NCBI GenBank assembly: GCA_951406725.2 | Contig: OX597830.1 | Location: 29,326,001-29,390,000, forward strand | Length of the DNA stretch: 64,000 nt | From: Octopus vulgaris | Lineage: Eukaryota | Direction: 5' to 3' | Shown here: piece by piece, positions 28,004 through 41,090 of the stretch | How positions within the stretch are numbered: position 1 is the first letter of the stretch | How the letters are laid out: the number at the start of each line of letters is the position of its first letter | Translations under genes and position numbers: made by a program | The notes under the pieces: model-generated | What the model saw: the letters and a program-made list of their open reading frames with translations, nothing else | Databases searched by the model: none | Told to the model about the DNA's origin: nothing

Positions 28004-30254
28004 TTTTTGTGTATATATGTAAAATATATACAGTATATGTGTATATAGTCATGTATATGACAGTTAATATTCAATTCGTACAACCAGCCAACAAGAAATT
28101 AAGTTGCAATTGTTTTTCACCATATGAAATATTTATGTTTATGGTAATAGACATATTGTTCAATGTATGTATATTACCGAAATGAAATGAAACGAAATGA
28201 GAAAAAGAAAGACAACGAAAAAACGGCATTGAAGAACGGCTTTTCGTTCCCAATAGCTAATGAATTATTGATTCCCATAAAAACTGCGATGAAATTGAGT
28301 GTTTTCCTATATTGTATATTCAGTATAGCATTTGTTCAAAATTAATGGATACCGACATAATTTTTTCATAAAGCTAGGTAGTCATTTAATCCATAATCAC
28401 TAAAGAAATGTTACAGAAAGATTTCTAATACAGATCTATTATAGGAATTTTGAACGTATAAAACTTTTGTAGTTCCGTTAAAAAAAAAAAAGAAAAGAAA
28501 TTATCATTTAGATATCTTGTAGGATCATGCTACTGCTGATGCTGATGAAGATCCTCATAATCACTAACACCACCATCACTACCACCACCGTCATCATCAT
28601 CGTCATCATTGTCACAATTTATCATTATTATCGTGATCATATTCTACACAATTTAAATCATGGTGAGTTTATATAATATCGCAGTGTGAACATTCCTATC
28701 AAAAGAAAAGCCCTTGGGAAGATTTGATCTTTGTTCTAAAGGCTATGAAAATATTTTATATACTTATTTGAATTTTCTAATTTTTCTATTGATTATTTCT
28801 AAAATAAACTACGTATCATAAGAAAGCGAACTCAGCTAAAGAAAAACATGATAGAATAACAGAATAACAAATGTAGAATATGAACGTGAGGCTATTGACA
28901 TATGTATAAAACCCAATATTTCTTTTGTCGTTTATATATATGTGCAAATAAGACGACCAGCTGGCAGAATGGTTAAAGGACGACAGAGACAGCGATATTT
29001 CTTCAAGATCTTTGTGGTTTGAATCCAATACTTAGAGAAGCGAACTTTGCTTTTTCAATATTTTGTGGTCTGTAAAATATAGGAGCAATAAAAAACTGGG
29101 TAGACACGATCTCAAAATTGGAGTTCTTGTGCTAAGATTGGAAAGAATTAACTGTATATGCTTTGCTTACTTACCGAGAAAGTATTGCATAGTTAATTTC
29201 CATCATTGTTTTGTAATAAAAATATTTGAGAGGAAACATATTTAAACATGCCTAATCATGGACATTGAGATCAAATATAGACATTTCATGGTGCTTCTTT
29301 TAGTACATTTTACACATTAAACATTATGAAAGAAGAATCAATAACAAATAAATGGTTGAGGGGTTATCACTGGTTCTCATCTTTCCATGGAAATGGGGGT
29401 ACCTAACTTCCCACTGTACTAAAATGATACCTATATCCTCTAAAAATGTAGTTGTTGCAGTAATTTCTTAAAATTTCTAGTTCTTGTGCATATTACGTAA
29501 TTTCATCAGCTGAGATTTTTACATGAATTTTGCCCTGAATCATAAACTTAATATAGAATTTATTTTAAGAAAAAGCAAAACGTTGCAAATTAGAAAGATT
29601 GAGAGCTTGGTGCAGTGAGTATTTTGAATTAAGGCGCAATGTTTAATGTACTCAATTTCATCGAGTTAAGGCAGAGCTTTATGTCCACCGCTCTAACGAT
29701 TTTCCCAAATTCGACGGCGTAGAGTGAAGGAATAGTGTTATTGTCTTAACCCCAGTAAGTGTAACTTCCACCTTCATTCATCGAGAGGTCAGTGAAATAA
29801 GGGCTATAATAAAAGAAGATGAAGTATTTATATTTACAGAATAAGTATTAATATTGAGAACCAGGTTTAGATAAATCGATTGTCGATTGTCCTAGGTACC
29901 TTCACCTTACTGGAAATATATTTACCAAAGAAAAGAAAACAGGATCGATTTTGTATATCAGTCGCACAGAAGGCATTGAAGAGATCCTTTTTTGTTTTAA
30001 AAACAAACTTCATCAGTTACAAAGATACATAGCTTAATTCATTTTGGATACTCCTGGCAATGCATAAATATTTCATTTCCACGAAGTAAAAATCTCTTAC
30101 GTTTTTTTTTATTAAGAAAAAATAAATTCTGTAACAAATACAAATTATTTATTGAGGTGCAATGACTTGGCTTCACTCCGTATATTGAAATGAGAGGCTT
30201 TTCCTAAAAATGAGAGGTTAATATACTTCTTAAGTTATTATTTTAAGTCAATAT

Positions 30255-30458
30255 CAGTAGCGTTCCGAAAAAGATGCTTAGCGACATTTCGTTCGTCTTT
30301 ACATTCTAAAATCAAAATTCACCGAGCTCAACCATGCTTCACCTCCTTTAAGGGTCGATAAAATTAAGTACCAGTTGAGCACTGTGGGTGGGGAGTGATG
30401 TAATCGAGTAGCCCTGTCGGCCATATTTCAGGCCGTTTTCGCCTATAGTAGAAAGTAT
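30255..30458 (+). mobile_element. Degraded SINE family B
   Basis: atgcttagcgacatttcg...gggtcgataaaattaagtaccagttgagcactg. Confidence 0.7.
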
Positions 30459-30619
30459 TAAGTTATATACACGTTTGTATGATATAAAATTGGATGTAAA
30501 CAGTTACATAGATATTAAGATTCTGGTATATTTACTTCAACAAAACTATTATAATAGGGATGAATATATCCGTGCAGCCCCTAAGCTACACTGGTGCACT
30601 TGGGCACATACAAAGAAGT

Positions 30620-31260
30620 CATATTAGAATAAGTCGTAGAAGAATAGATTATTTAAATGGAATGTAAAATTAATATTTTTTCCACTTACTGTAAATCATT
30701 TACTATCCTCTAGGACATAATATGTATTCTACTGAGTTGAGAGAAATTCACAAACATTAACAAATCCGCAATAACTTGCCTCCAACTATTTTACGTGACT
30801 TCATCATCATGAACAGATTATACAAAATTGCCTTGAAGCTTCTGATTTTCGAATTGGCGTTTACAATATTTCATAACTAAACGAAAATTTAACATATACA
30901 ACAGCCGTTATAGCAGTAACAAACATAAAGCAATGAAGCCTTTGGCCTTCCCACGTTAGTATCAACAGTTGTTTGCAAATAACTATGGACAAAGAGTGAG
31001 TGAGCTGATATATAAAGTTCTAGAAACTTTTTGGAAAAGCCAAACGAAGAAGCAAACAGAATGTAATTAACCTTGCTGATATATATTCTTTAAGCTTCGT
31101 TATTTTAATTGCCAACATTGCGACAAAATGAAAGCCTACCAGCGTATAAGGACATTCAACATTCGTATATTGCAGGTGAAACTTTAAGTGAAAACTTTCT
31201 CGACTTTAATTGCAATGTTTGAAGATGGCTGCAGGCTGAAGAATGTTTCCAACTTTTTGA
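30620..31260 (+). pseudogene. Highly decayed Penelope-like element 3' region
   Basis: Fragments GLPHVSIN-like, YFNCQHCDK and RTFNIRI in the order expected for the RT thumb and GIY-YIG. Many frameshifts. Confidence 0.45.
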
Positions 31261-31365
31261 AATATTACTCAATACTGATATATCTGCACAACAACAATAG
31301 CAACATAAACAAGAACAGCAACATAAACAAGAACAGCAACAGCAACAACAATCGCTCCTGCTATT

Positions 31366-31617
31366 TCTTCTTCTTCTTCTTCTTCTTCTTCTTCTTCTTC
31401 TTCTTCTTCTTCTTCTTCTTCTTCTTCTTCTTCTTCTTCTTCTTCTTCTTCTTCTTCTTCTTCTTCTATTTCATCTTCTTCTTCTCCTTCTCCTTCCTTT
31501 CTTTCTTCTTCTTCTTCTCCTTCTCCTTCCTTTCTTTTCTTCTTCTTCTTCTTCTTCTTCTTCTCATTGTTATTATTGTTATTATTTTTCATCGTCATCA
31601 TCATCATCATCGTTAAT

Positions 31618-31673
<56 letters not shown>

Positions 31674-31690
31674 CATTATTATTGTTGTTG
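31366..31690. repeat. (TTC)n/(ATT)n compound microsatellite
   Basis: Visible tandem units. Confidence 0.93.
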
Positions 31691-31692
31691 TA

Positions 31693-32115
31693 ATGGCGGT
31701 GAGCTTAGCGAAATAGAACGCCATACAAAATGCTTAGCAACGTTTCGTTTGTCTTTTACGTTCTGAGCACAAATTCCGCCGGACCCGGAGTCGATGTAAA
31801 CGCGTTGCGCATTTTCACAAATTTCAGACTTTCACCTATAATAAAAGAAGCTATTATGATTGGCGTTGTTGTTGTTGTTACAATGGCTGTTCTTATTTAA
31901 AGTTAGCGAACTGGTAGAATCGTTAGGACGCCGGCAAAATTTCAAGCGAAATTTCGTCTGTCATTACATCTCGAGTTCAAAATTTACTGATGTCGATATT
32001 GCTTTTTACCATTCGTAGTCAATGTAATCAGTACCAGTTTCATCCTTTGCCGATATAATCAATTTACTTCTCTCCTAATTTTCCTGAATTTATGCCGAAA
32101 TTTGAAATCATTATC
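31693..32115 (+). mobile_element. Two degraded SINE family B copies in tandem
   Basis: Heads ggcggtgagct (about 31695) and gcgaactggtagaatcgttag (about 31906); ends tttgaaatcattat. Confidence 0.7.
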
Positions 32116-32489
32116 ACAATAATTATTATATGAAAGCTTTCAGCTTAGTTTGCCGCGTATGGTGGCAAATGTCACCTATCTACATCTAGCAGACTAAAGT
32201 AACTTTGTTTACTGGTCGTGCTTCAAAAACTCAGGGGAGAACTCCAGCAGTTCCAAGCAATGTTGAATTTTGTAAGAGTTCTATTTTTACATTTCTACCA
32301 ATCTTTATGAACCATGTTGGTAGTTGAGTGTAGATACTTCAAAGCACACCAATTACCATTAGCATCACGTCTACTCTCTTCATTGCCATCTACCTGTGTA
32401 TTTCCCACTTCAACTCGTCATGGTTATTCAATTTTTCTTCTTTCTCTTTCATTCTGTTTTCGTCAGGACATGCTATTTTGACTATAATT

Positions 32490-32931
32490 CTTTTCTTCTT
32501 TTATTCTTTTACTTGTTTCAGTCTTTTTCACTTCGGCCATGCTGGAGCACCGCTTTTAGTCTAGCATTTTGACCCCAGGACTTAATCTTTGTAAGCTTAG
32601 TACGTATTCTATCGGTCTCTTTTGTCGTACCGCTAATTTACGTGGACGTAATCACACTAACATCGGTTGTCAAGCGATGGTGAAGGTACAAACACAGAAA
32701 CGCAAGTACACACACGCGCACACACACACAGATGCACACAAACACACATACACACACATATATATATACGACGGGCTTCGTTCAATTTCCGTCAACCAAA
32801 TCCACTCACAAGGCTTTGGTCAGCCCTAGTCTATAGTAGAAGACACTTGCCCATGGTCCCACACAGTGGGCTTGAACCCGGAACCATGCGGTTGGGAAGC
32901 AATCTTCCTGAATCACAGTCGCGCCTGAGCC
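32490..32931 (-). mobile_element. SINE family A, full length
   Basis: Same module order as 14307-14732. Confidence 0.88.
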
Positions 32932-32954
32932 TATGCATTATCCATATTTATTTT

Positions 32955-33585
32955 TTTATTTTTTGTTCACCGCAAAAGTGTCAGGTTCCGATGTCTGATG
33001 TGATTATCACACTGAATTATTGTTTCCTACAAGGTCTTGTATTCTTCATTCTTAGTAACCCCTTCTCGCATTTGGTCATACAATGCGTATGCTCTTTGTA
33101 GGCTGAAATATCCACAAAACTCTCAATAGATCGTTCTTGTCACATTGTTATGTTTGTCTCTTGTATTTGTGTCGTACCAATTTCGGGCATTCACTAACAA
33201 TGTACTATACAATTTCAACCGCCTCATCACACATTCTACACATAATCAGCGCTTGTTCTTGAGCCGCGCATATGCGTACTTTTGTCTTTAACTTCAGGTC
33301 ACTCCTCTGCATTCCTAAACACCGGTCTTTTATATCTGTCTTGGCGTCCGTATCTCTTGCAAACACATCAAGCATATTTTTTGTCTCCACGCTATTTCTT
33401 TTTTTCATGTTTTTTCCTCTTTAAGTTTTTTTTATCTTTACAAAATTATAAATTTTGATTATGCCGTACTTCACTTATTTCAGCAATAGTTCCAGGGCAT
33501 GTTTTACATACCATACTAAGATATTTAACTCTAATTCAACACAATCCTGGCAACTGATGAACATTCTCCCACCATTTCATCTGGA
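32955..33585 (-). pseudogene. R4/Dong-clade LINE internal fragment
   Basis: Minus translation NGGRMFISCQDCVELE...MQRSDLK...ICAAQEQAL...CRMCDEAVEIV-HIVSECPKL...IIQCDNHIRHR covers the RT end, CCHC knuckle and start of the endonuclease. Confidence 0.88.
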
Positions 33586-33595
33586 TTATTGTTAC

Positions 33596-33750
33596 TCTCA
33601 TTTACTGTTTTTCTCTTTTACTTGTTTCAGTCATTGGTCGGCCCGAGGCTATAGTAGAAGACACTTGCCCAAGGTGCCACGCAGTGGGACTGAACCCGAA
33701 ACAATGTGGTTGTTAAACAAGCTACTTGCCACTCAGCCACTCCTGCGCCC
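33596..33750 (-). mobile_element. Internally deleted mini SINE A
   Basis: Tail cttgtttcagtcatt is joined directly to ggtcggcccgaggc and the head; flanked by GATTATT at 33586 and 33751. Confidence 0.85.
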
Positions 33751-33751
33751 G

Positions 33752-33831
<80 letters not shown>

Positions 33832-33842
33832 CATCATTATTA

Positions 33843-33904
<62 letters not shown>

Positions 33905-33984
33905 CATTATTATCATTATTATTATTATTATCATTATTATTATTATCATTATTATCATTATCATTATTATTATTATCATCATCA

Positions 33985-34038
<54 letters not shown>
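33751..34038. repeat. (ATT)n/(ATC)n array
   Basis: Visible tandem units. Confidence 0.95.
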
Positions 34039-34039
<1 letters not shown>

Positions 34040-34296
34040 TTGAAGGTGTCAAGCATGCTAGCATGCTGGATAAAATGCTCTGCGCCAATTTTTCAGCTTT
34101 ACTTTCTCTGATTAGATGCCCTGATGTCGACTTTGTCTTTCATCAATACGAGGTCGATAAAATATGTACCTATTGCACTCTTATCCTGTAACCAATGCCC
34201 TAATTTCAGACTTAGCGCATAAAGTAAGACGGATTATTTGAAAGTAGCAATTTCGGGAGTGTCAGCGAGTCGGACGAAACTCTCAGCCGCATTTAT

Positions 34297-34646
34297 CTTT
34301 ATATATTTCTATTTGTTTCAGTCATTTGACTGTGACCATGCTGGAGCACCGACTTTAGTCGAACAAATCGACCCCAGGACTTATTCCTTGTTAACCTAGT
34401 ACTTATTCTATGGGTCTCTTATGCAGAACCGCTAAGTTACGGGCATGTAAACGCACCAGCATTGGCTGTCAAACGATGTTGGGTGGGGGACAATCAGAGG
34501 CATATATATATATATATATATATACAACGGGCTTCTTTCAGTTTCCGTCTACTAAATATCTACTCACAAGCTACAGTAGAAAACACTCGCCTAAGGTGAT
34601 ATGTCGTTTACAAGCAAGCTACTTACCACCCAGGCATTCCTGCGTC
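34297..34646 (-). mobile_element. SINE family A nested in an old SINE B
   Basis: Family A sequence with SINE B-like head (about 34240-34295) on the left and body (about 34650-34800) on the right. Confidence 0.8.
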
Positions 34647-35129
34647 TATTTCTTCAGAATCCTTACGTTCTAATTTCAAATTTTGCCATTCTAAGTTTAA
34701 ATTTCGGGACAATAATATAAGTAGCTGCTGAGCACTGAAGTCAATCTAATCGACTACTGCACATGTCATATTACAAGCCTTGAACCAAAATTTGAAAACA
34801 TTGTTATAGCAATTTAACTCACTGTTTTCATTTTTTTTCCTGCTTCAGACGAAAGTAATTCAGGCAATATATAATGAAATTTTCGTTTAAGTACCTGTAA
34901 AAAGAGTTATAATTCCGTAAGGGACGTTTTCTGACGACATTCATATTTGGTTAATTAACCAAAAAAGTAAAAAGAAATGTTTTCTTTTTTTTTTAAGAAT
35001 ATAAAGAACATCGTTACATTTTTATATATCCATTTCAACGAAGCTACATGACCACACAATGAAAACAATAGTAGAGAATGAATACATGAAATAGCAAATG
35101 CAAAATTACGGAGGTATACGTTCCAGTGA

Positions 35130-35450
35130 AGGCTCGTAGTTTAGTGGTTAGGGAATTCGACTCACAATAATAAAGTCGCGATTTCGATTCCCACTGGCGC
35201 GTCGTTTTCTTGAACAAGGGAGTTTATTTCATGGGGTTTTATTCTACGCCACTGGCAAAAATGAGTTCTGCCTGTGTTTCAGATGGCCCGTTTTGTCGCA
35301 TCCTGTGTCACGCTTAATCCCCCTGAAAACTACATTAAGGGCGCGCGTTTCTATGGAGTGCTCAGCCACTTGCACGTTAATTTCAGGAGCAGACTGTTCT
35401 GTTGATCGATTCAATTGCAACCCTCACCGTTGTAACCGACTGACCACCAG
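35130..35450 (+). mobile_element. Degraded tRNA-derived SINE family D (family C-like head, Nin/Deu-like 3' domain)
   Basis: TAGTTTAGTGGTTAGGG A box, TTCGATTCC B box, TTCTTGAACAAG core, then GAGTGCTCAGCCACTTGCACGTTAA, which resembles the Nin/Deu domain from memory. Confidence 0.65.
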
Positions 35451-36457
35451 TTAATTGCCAAGCAAGTGACTATATCCGTGAGCAGTTGAGAAACACACGA
35501 AATACTAAACATAAGTTAAAACATATACTATTGTTAATTCGGGAACAACATTGCCGTCACTCCAAACTGCGAAGTGGTCTGAGACGAAGTTTCACTACAG
35601 TATAACGGTGTTTATGTGAGTCTGAATAGTTAAGATAGGTCTCCAACGCTGCAATCGAATAAGAATTAAGAAATATTGTTCCAAGAAGTTCGTGAAATCT
35701 GAGTTAAATTAAGATATGAATCGAAGCGAAGTACATGACTATGAACCTGTGTAATGTCACATTGTGATAGAAAAAAGAGCTGGTAATACTCCCAGAAAAA
35801 AGACACATAGACTGACAAGCCAAACAGCTATGTGTTTTCTATACTAAGCAAATCTAGCTCCATCTATTATCATATATACACACAAACATACGTACACACA
35901 TGCATACATACAAATATACATTTATCTGTACATAAATCTGCATACAGATATGTACACACATATACTATGTGTGTACATACACATGTTTCTATATATTTGT
36001 ATGTGTGTGTCTGTGTGCATGTCTGTGTATGTATATGTGTTATATTTCTTCGACTAAAAGGCCTTCATCCAGCATGGACAGAATGATTGAAACAAGTAAA
36101 AGATTAAAAGATTAAAAGATTAAAATGATTGAAACAAGTAAAGTGATTGAAACAAGTAAAAGATTAAAAGATTAAAAGAATATATGTCCTAGCTCGTTTG
36201 CCCGCAGATGGTTGATTTTTGTAGTTATCATCAGGTTTTTTCGTCGACTTTTAACTGTTATATCCAGCAAGTAGACATACTGAGTATGACCTTTTAATTT
36301 TAATCCTTCAGGTATTTAATGCCACTTTGGACCTGCAATTGCCTGCGTTATTGATTTTGCTATCATTTTTAATTTTTACACTAGATAATAATAGTCGATA
36401 AAATCCTCACAAATATTTTCTCCTAAATTAGTTGCTCCATATTGAAATTATACATAT

Positions 36458-36566
<109 letters not shown>

Positions 36567-36965
36567 TATACATTCATACATACTTATATACATACATATA
36601 CACAATAAATAAATGTAGTGTCATGGATTCGTACGTACAATGCAGCCTCAATCCCTTCTTGCACATGCGAACATGTACGTGAGTGTCTGGATGAGTTTGT
36701 ATATTAGTATGTATGTGTGCGGGCGTATGTTTATCCATCTGTCATTCTCTATCTATATCCATGTGTATATTGATATTTAACTATGATACATCTTCACACA
36801 CACTTTCCTTACAGTTGAACCGCAATTTAAATTGCATTTTGCTTTTTAATTCAGTTATCTGAGAAGCACAATCTGCGTACATGTGGGCATGCTTCCTCGT
36901 GTGCACGTAAGAATTTATACACTGTCGTACACACTTAAACATACCGATATATATATGTGTATGTA

Positions 36966-37009
<44 letters not shown>

Positions 37010-37285
37010 TGTGTGTGTGTGTTTATATATACATTTATACAGGGAAGGCAATGCCAGTGAAGTATTCCACGATACGTATATTTAAATACCTATCTATATA
37101 CTTACGCACGGATATGTGTGTGTTTGTGTGTATAAATATGCGTATGCATTTATAGGGTTATATTTGTCTACTTAACATGTATAGGCATATACATATATAA
37201 ATATATATGTATATATATATAAATACATATATACATTACACATACAGACTCACACAGACAAATGTATATATATATATGAAGACAT

Positions 37286-37318
<33 letters not shown>

Positions 37319-37550
37319 CGCATATTTACCTATGTGTGTGTGTGTGTGCGTGTATGTGTGTGTCTGTGCGTGTGCATTAAAAACCCTCCCATAAATGCTT
37401 GTAGAACTTTACGTATAATTTTATGTATACTACAAATCATGTTGCGCGTTGGCCTAATTTCCATTTAAAAAGTGTGCCAACACTCAACTTTAGTGCAGAG
37501 AAATTTAGAGGTTTCATATTCACCAACAACATCTTCATATATATGTATAC

Positions 37551-37630
<80 letters not shown>

Positions 37631-37638
37631 TTATATAT

Positions 37639-37678
<40 letters not shown>

Positions 37679-37699
37679 TTACATACTTACATGCATACA

Positions 37700-37756
<57 letters not shown>

Positions 37757-38293
37757 CTATTTGCGAAATGAGTTTGAAATAACAATGTATGTCATTATCC
37801 TTAGTGACCTACTCCTACGTAGCCATGTTTTCAATATGTTGATTAATATGATTTCTCGAAGAATTTCCGTAGAGTGCCTCTGGGACAATATGAACTTACA
37901 ACCTATATGGTGGTTATAATTTATGAGTCATTAACTCGTACGAGATGTCATATCTTTGTATTCACCAAATAGGTATATTTGGAGAATTCACTATACAGAT
38001 TTTTCTCTATGCCTGTATTTGTTCCTTTATATGTTGTGTTGTTTGTGTGTTTCTCTGTGTGTATGTGTGTGTATGTTTGTGTATATGTGTGTGTGTGTGA
38101 GCGTGCCTGTGATAGTGCGTGTTTTAAGTGTGTGTATATATGTATGTTACGTATGATTTTATGGTCATGTGCGTTACTTACGTAGACAAATTTATATCTA
38201 TTCAAATACATGCACACACTAATACAAACACACATAGATGCACTCATACATCACATACACTGATAAATGTAAATGCATCTATCTTTCTATCAA

Positions 38294-38367
<74 letters not shown>

Positions 38368-38433
38368 TATATGTATTAATATATATATATGTATGTATAT
38401 GTATGTATATATGTATGTGTGTATGTATGTTTA

Positions 38434-39460
38434 CAGGGTGTGTAAGATATTTGAGGTCAAATTTATGTTTGTAAAAACGATCGATATATGATAACAGATA
38501 GTAACTATATTTATCAAAAAAATCGTATGAGGATAAAAATAAAATTTCTTATCTATGTTATTCAATAAAGCCATCTCCAACTTCAACAACTACTACATGA
38601 GATCTAAATCATCTACATTCTCCAATGAAGTGTTCCTGGGTCATTTTGGACATTTATCTGACTATGGCTGCTTTCATATTACCTTTGGTGTTATGGGCGT
38701 GTTCAACAACGCCCCACATGTAATAATCCAATGGATTGAAATCTGGGTAATTAGGAAGCCAAATGTTAGGGGTTATGTGATCATGAAAATTTTCAACCAT
38801 TCATTCCTGTGTTACTAGAGCCATGTGTGATAGTGCAGAGTCTTACTGAAACACATATGTCCTTCCATTGAATACAGTGTCTATCCAAAATTTTAAAATT
38901 ATTTCTAGGACTTCAATGTAGACAGCAGATTTAACTCTACGGACTTGTGGAATGAAGTAAGGAGGCATCACAAGTCCTTCATTGCTGACAACCTAATACC
39001 ATGTCAGTTGCAGTAAATTTTGTATGCATAACACTTGGAACTTCATAACGGTCAGCACATAACCATCTTGGTTTTGATCTTGGTCGAAGTTTTGTCGTTC
39101 AGGAAAAACCAAAACAAATCTCCTTCTGCTGGTCTGTTGAATTTGCTGGATAAATTCAAGTGTTCTGATGATTTCAGAACTTTTAGGTGTTTTTTATGCT
39201 TTGGTAATGTTGGTGCGTTTCCATCTTCAATCTCTATCTCTTCACAGTCTTTGCAGACGAAAGATCTGGCAGCTTTTAAAACTCTTGATATTTGTAAATC
39301 GCTATGCTTAGCCTTTTTGTAACCACTATAACAGCATGCCTCTTCATTTCTCTTGAGTAAGCTGAAGGTAGACATTATCATTTTCTGAAACAAAGATTAT
39401 ACATAGCAAAAAGTACAGCAATGACTCCAAAATGGTATGCCCTCAAATACCTTGCGCACC

Positions 39461-39463
<3 letters not shown>
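38434..39463 (-). mobile_element. Decayed Tc1/mariner-superfamily transposon, DD37D (maT) type
   Basis: TIRs CAGGGTGTGTAAGATATTTGAGG and CCTCAAATACCTTGCGCACCCTG with TA on both sides. Minus translation YVFQ*DSALSH...WLPNYPDFNPLDYYMWG gives 37 residues between the second and third Asp. Confidence 0.93.
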
Positions 39464-39508
<45 letters not shown>

Positions 39509-39554
39509 TTATTTACTTAATATATATATATATACATATATATTTATTTATTTA

Positions 39555-39621
<67 letters not shown>

Positions 39622-39645
39622 CTATGTGTATGTGTGTGTGTGTAG

Positions 39646-40102
39646 TTTCTTTTACTTATATCAGTCATGGAATGAAGTGAACCAAAGACATTTTTTCCTT
39701 CCGTCTTGTACTAATTCTATCTGATACATTTACCAAACCGCTACGTAACGGCTACTAAGCACACCAACACCGGTATTCAAACGCTGGTGTGGGGGAAAAC
39801 GCAGACACAAAGACGCACACATACGCCCGCGGGTGTACACCCCTCCACACACATACGCCCGCGGGTGTACACCCCTCCACACACATACGCCCGCGGGTGT
39901 ACACCCCTCCACACACATATATATATATACACGTGCATATATACAACGGGTTTCTTTCAATTTCCGTCTACCAAATCCACTCTCAAGGCTTTGGTCAGCC
40001 CGAGGCAATAGTAGAAGGCACTTGCTCAAGTTACGATGCATTGGGACTGAGCCCAGAACCATGTAGTTGGTAAGCAAGCTACTTACCACATAGCCACTCC
40101 TG
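39646..40102 (-). mobile_element. SINE family A containing a 32-bp minisatellite
   Basis: Family A modules on both sides of 39821-39916. Confidence 0.85.
39821..39916. repeat. Three perfect copies of a 32-bp GC-rich unit
   Basis: ATACGCCCGCGGGTGTACACCCCTCCACACAC at 39821, 39853 and 39885. Confidence 0.97.
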
Positions 40103-40929
40103 TATATATAATGCATGTAGGAATGATTTTTACATGATTTGTATGGAAATTCAGTCTTAATATTTTCAGTAGAATATATCGTATTCATTACTATTTAGAA
40201 AACTGAACTTACTTGCGCTCATTAACTGACAAAAAAAAATTCTCATAATACCATCACAATGAAAAATACAAATACTCTCATTGCCATCTTTCACACATTC
40301 TCGAAGTTATGTGTATGTGTGAACGTTTCTGTAACTCCTTACTCGCACACCTTGTGTATGTGACGATATATCGATGCCACTTTTTCTTCTTTTTTGTTCG
40401 ACACATTGCTGTTATTTTGTCCACAAAACCCTAGTCCTGTTGAATGTATCCCTGACTTGCTCTCCTGTGTATATACTTATCTAATTATATATATTTTTGT
40501 TTCTTTCTGTAAACCAATTATTTTTTTCCAGCTTAACCCCAGTTGCATAGAAATCGGCTTTGTGTAATCATGTTTCTCATGATTTAAATTTCATTCTGTT
40601 TTGTATTATTTGAACTGAGGCAGATTTCAAGTATTTTATGACGAAAATCCAATAATTTTCTTAACCAAATTTGACTGCCCTCTACATCAGCTAACTATCG
40701 CTACCTTCTAGGTGAAGCTACCGCAAATACGTTAACTATTCATTTGTTATGCACATTAACAGGTTTGTTATTCACGTTAATTATTGATTTTTAGATAGGC
40801 AAATGCATTATAGTTTGTTGAATATCTATTGTTGATGAGATCGATCTCAGGTTTCAGTAGCACTAAACTTATTAACACCGAATTAAATAAAAAAAAAGAA
40901 TAAAAGCTGAACTTTTCGCGTGTTTTGAA

Positions 40930-41090
40930 CTCTGAATGAGAAAATACACTTTGAAGTAGCCCGAGGAAATTTCCAGATCCCTTTACTGATTGCATATTAT
41001 TGTGTTTTTTTTTTTTTTCAAGGAGTTTAACTGAAGATGCTATGCCCTCTAATTAATAGACAATCTGCTGTACTATGTTCCGCTATGTCT
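40930..41090 (-). pseudogene. Possible hAT transposase relic
   Basis: Minus strand LLIRGH followed by GSGNFLGLL matches the LRGH...GNFLxLL motif of ZMYM1-like hAT transposases. Only two short motifs. Confidence 0.35.

Noticed and set aside
39821-39916. Palindromic 32-bp repeats resembling CRISPR repeats
   Set aside because: Units are contiguous with no spacers, no cas genes, eukaryotic context.
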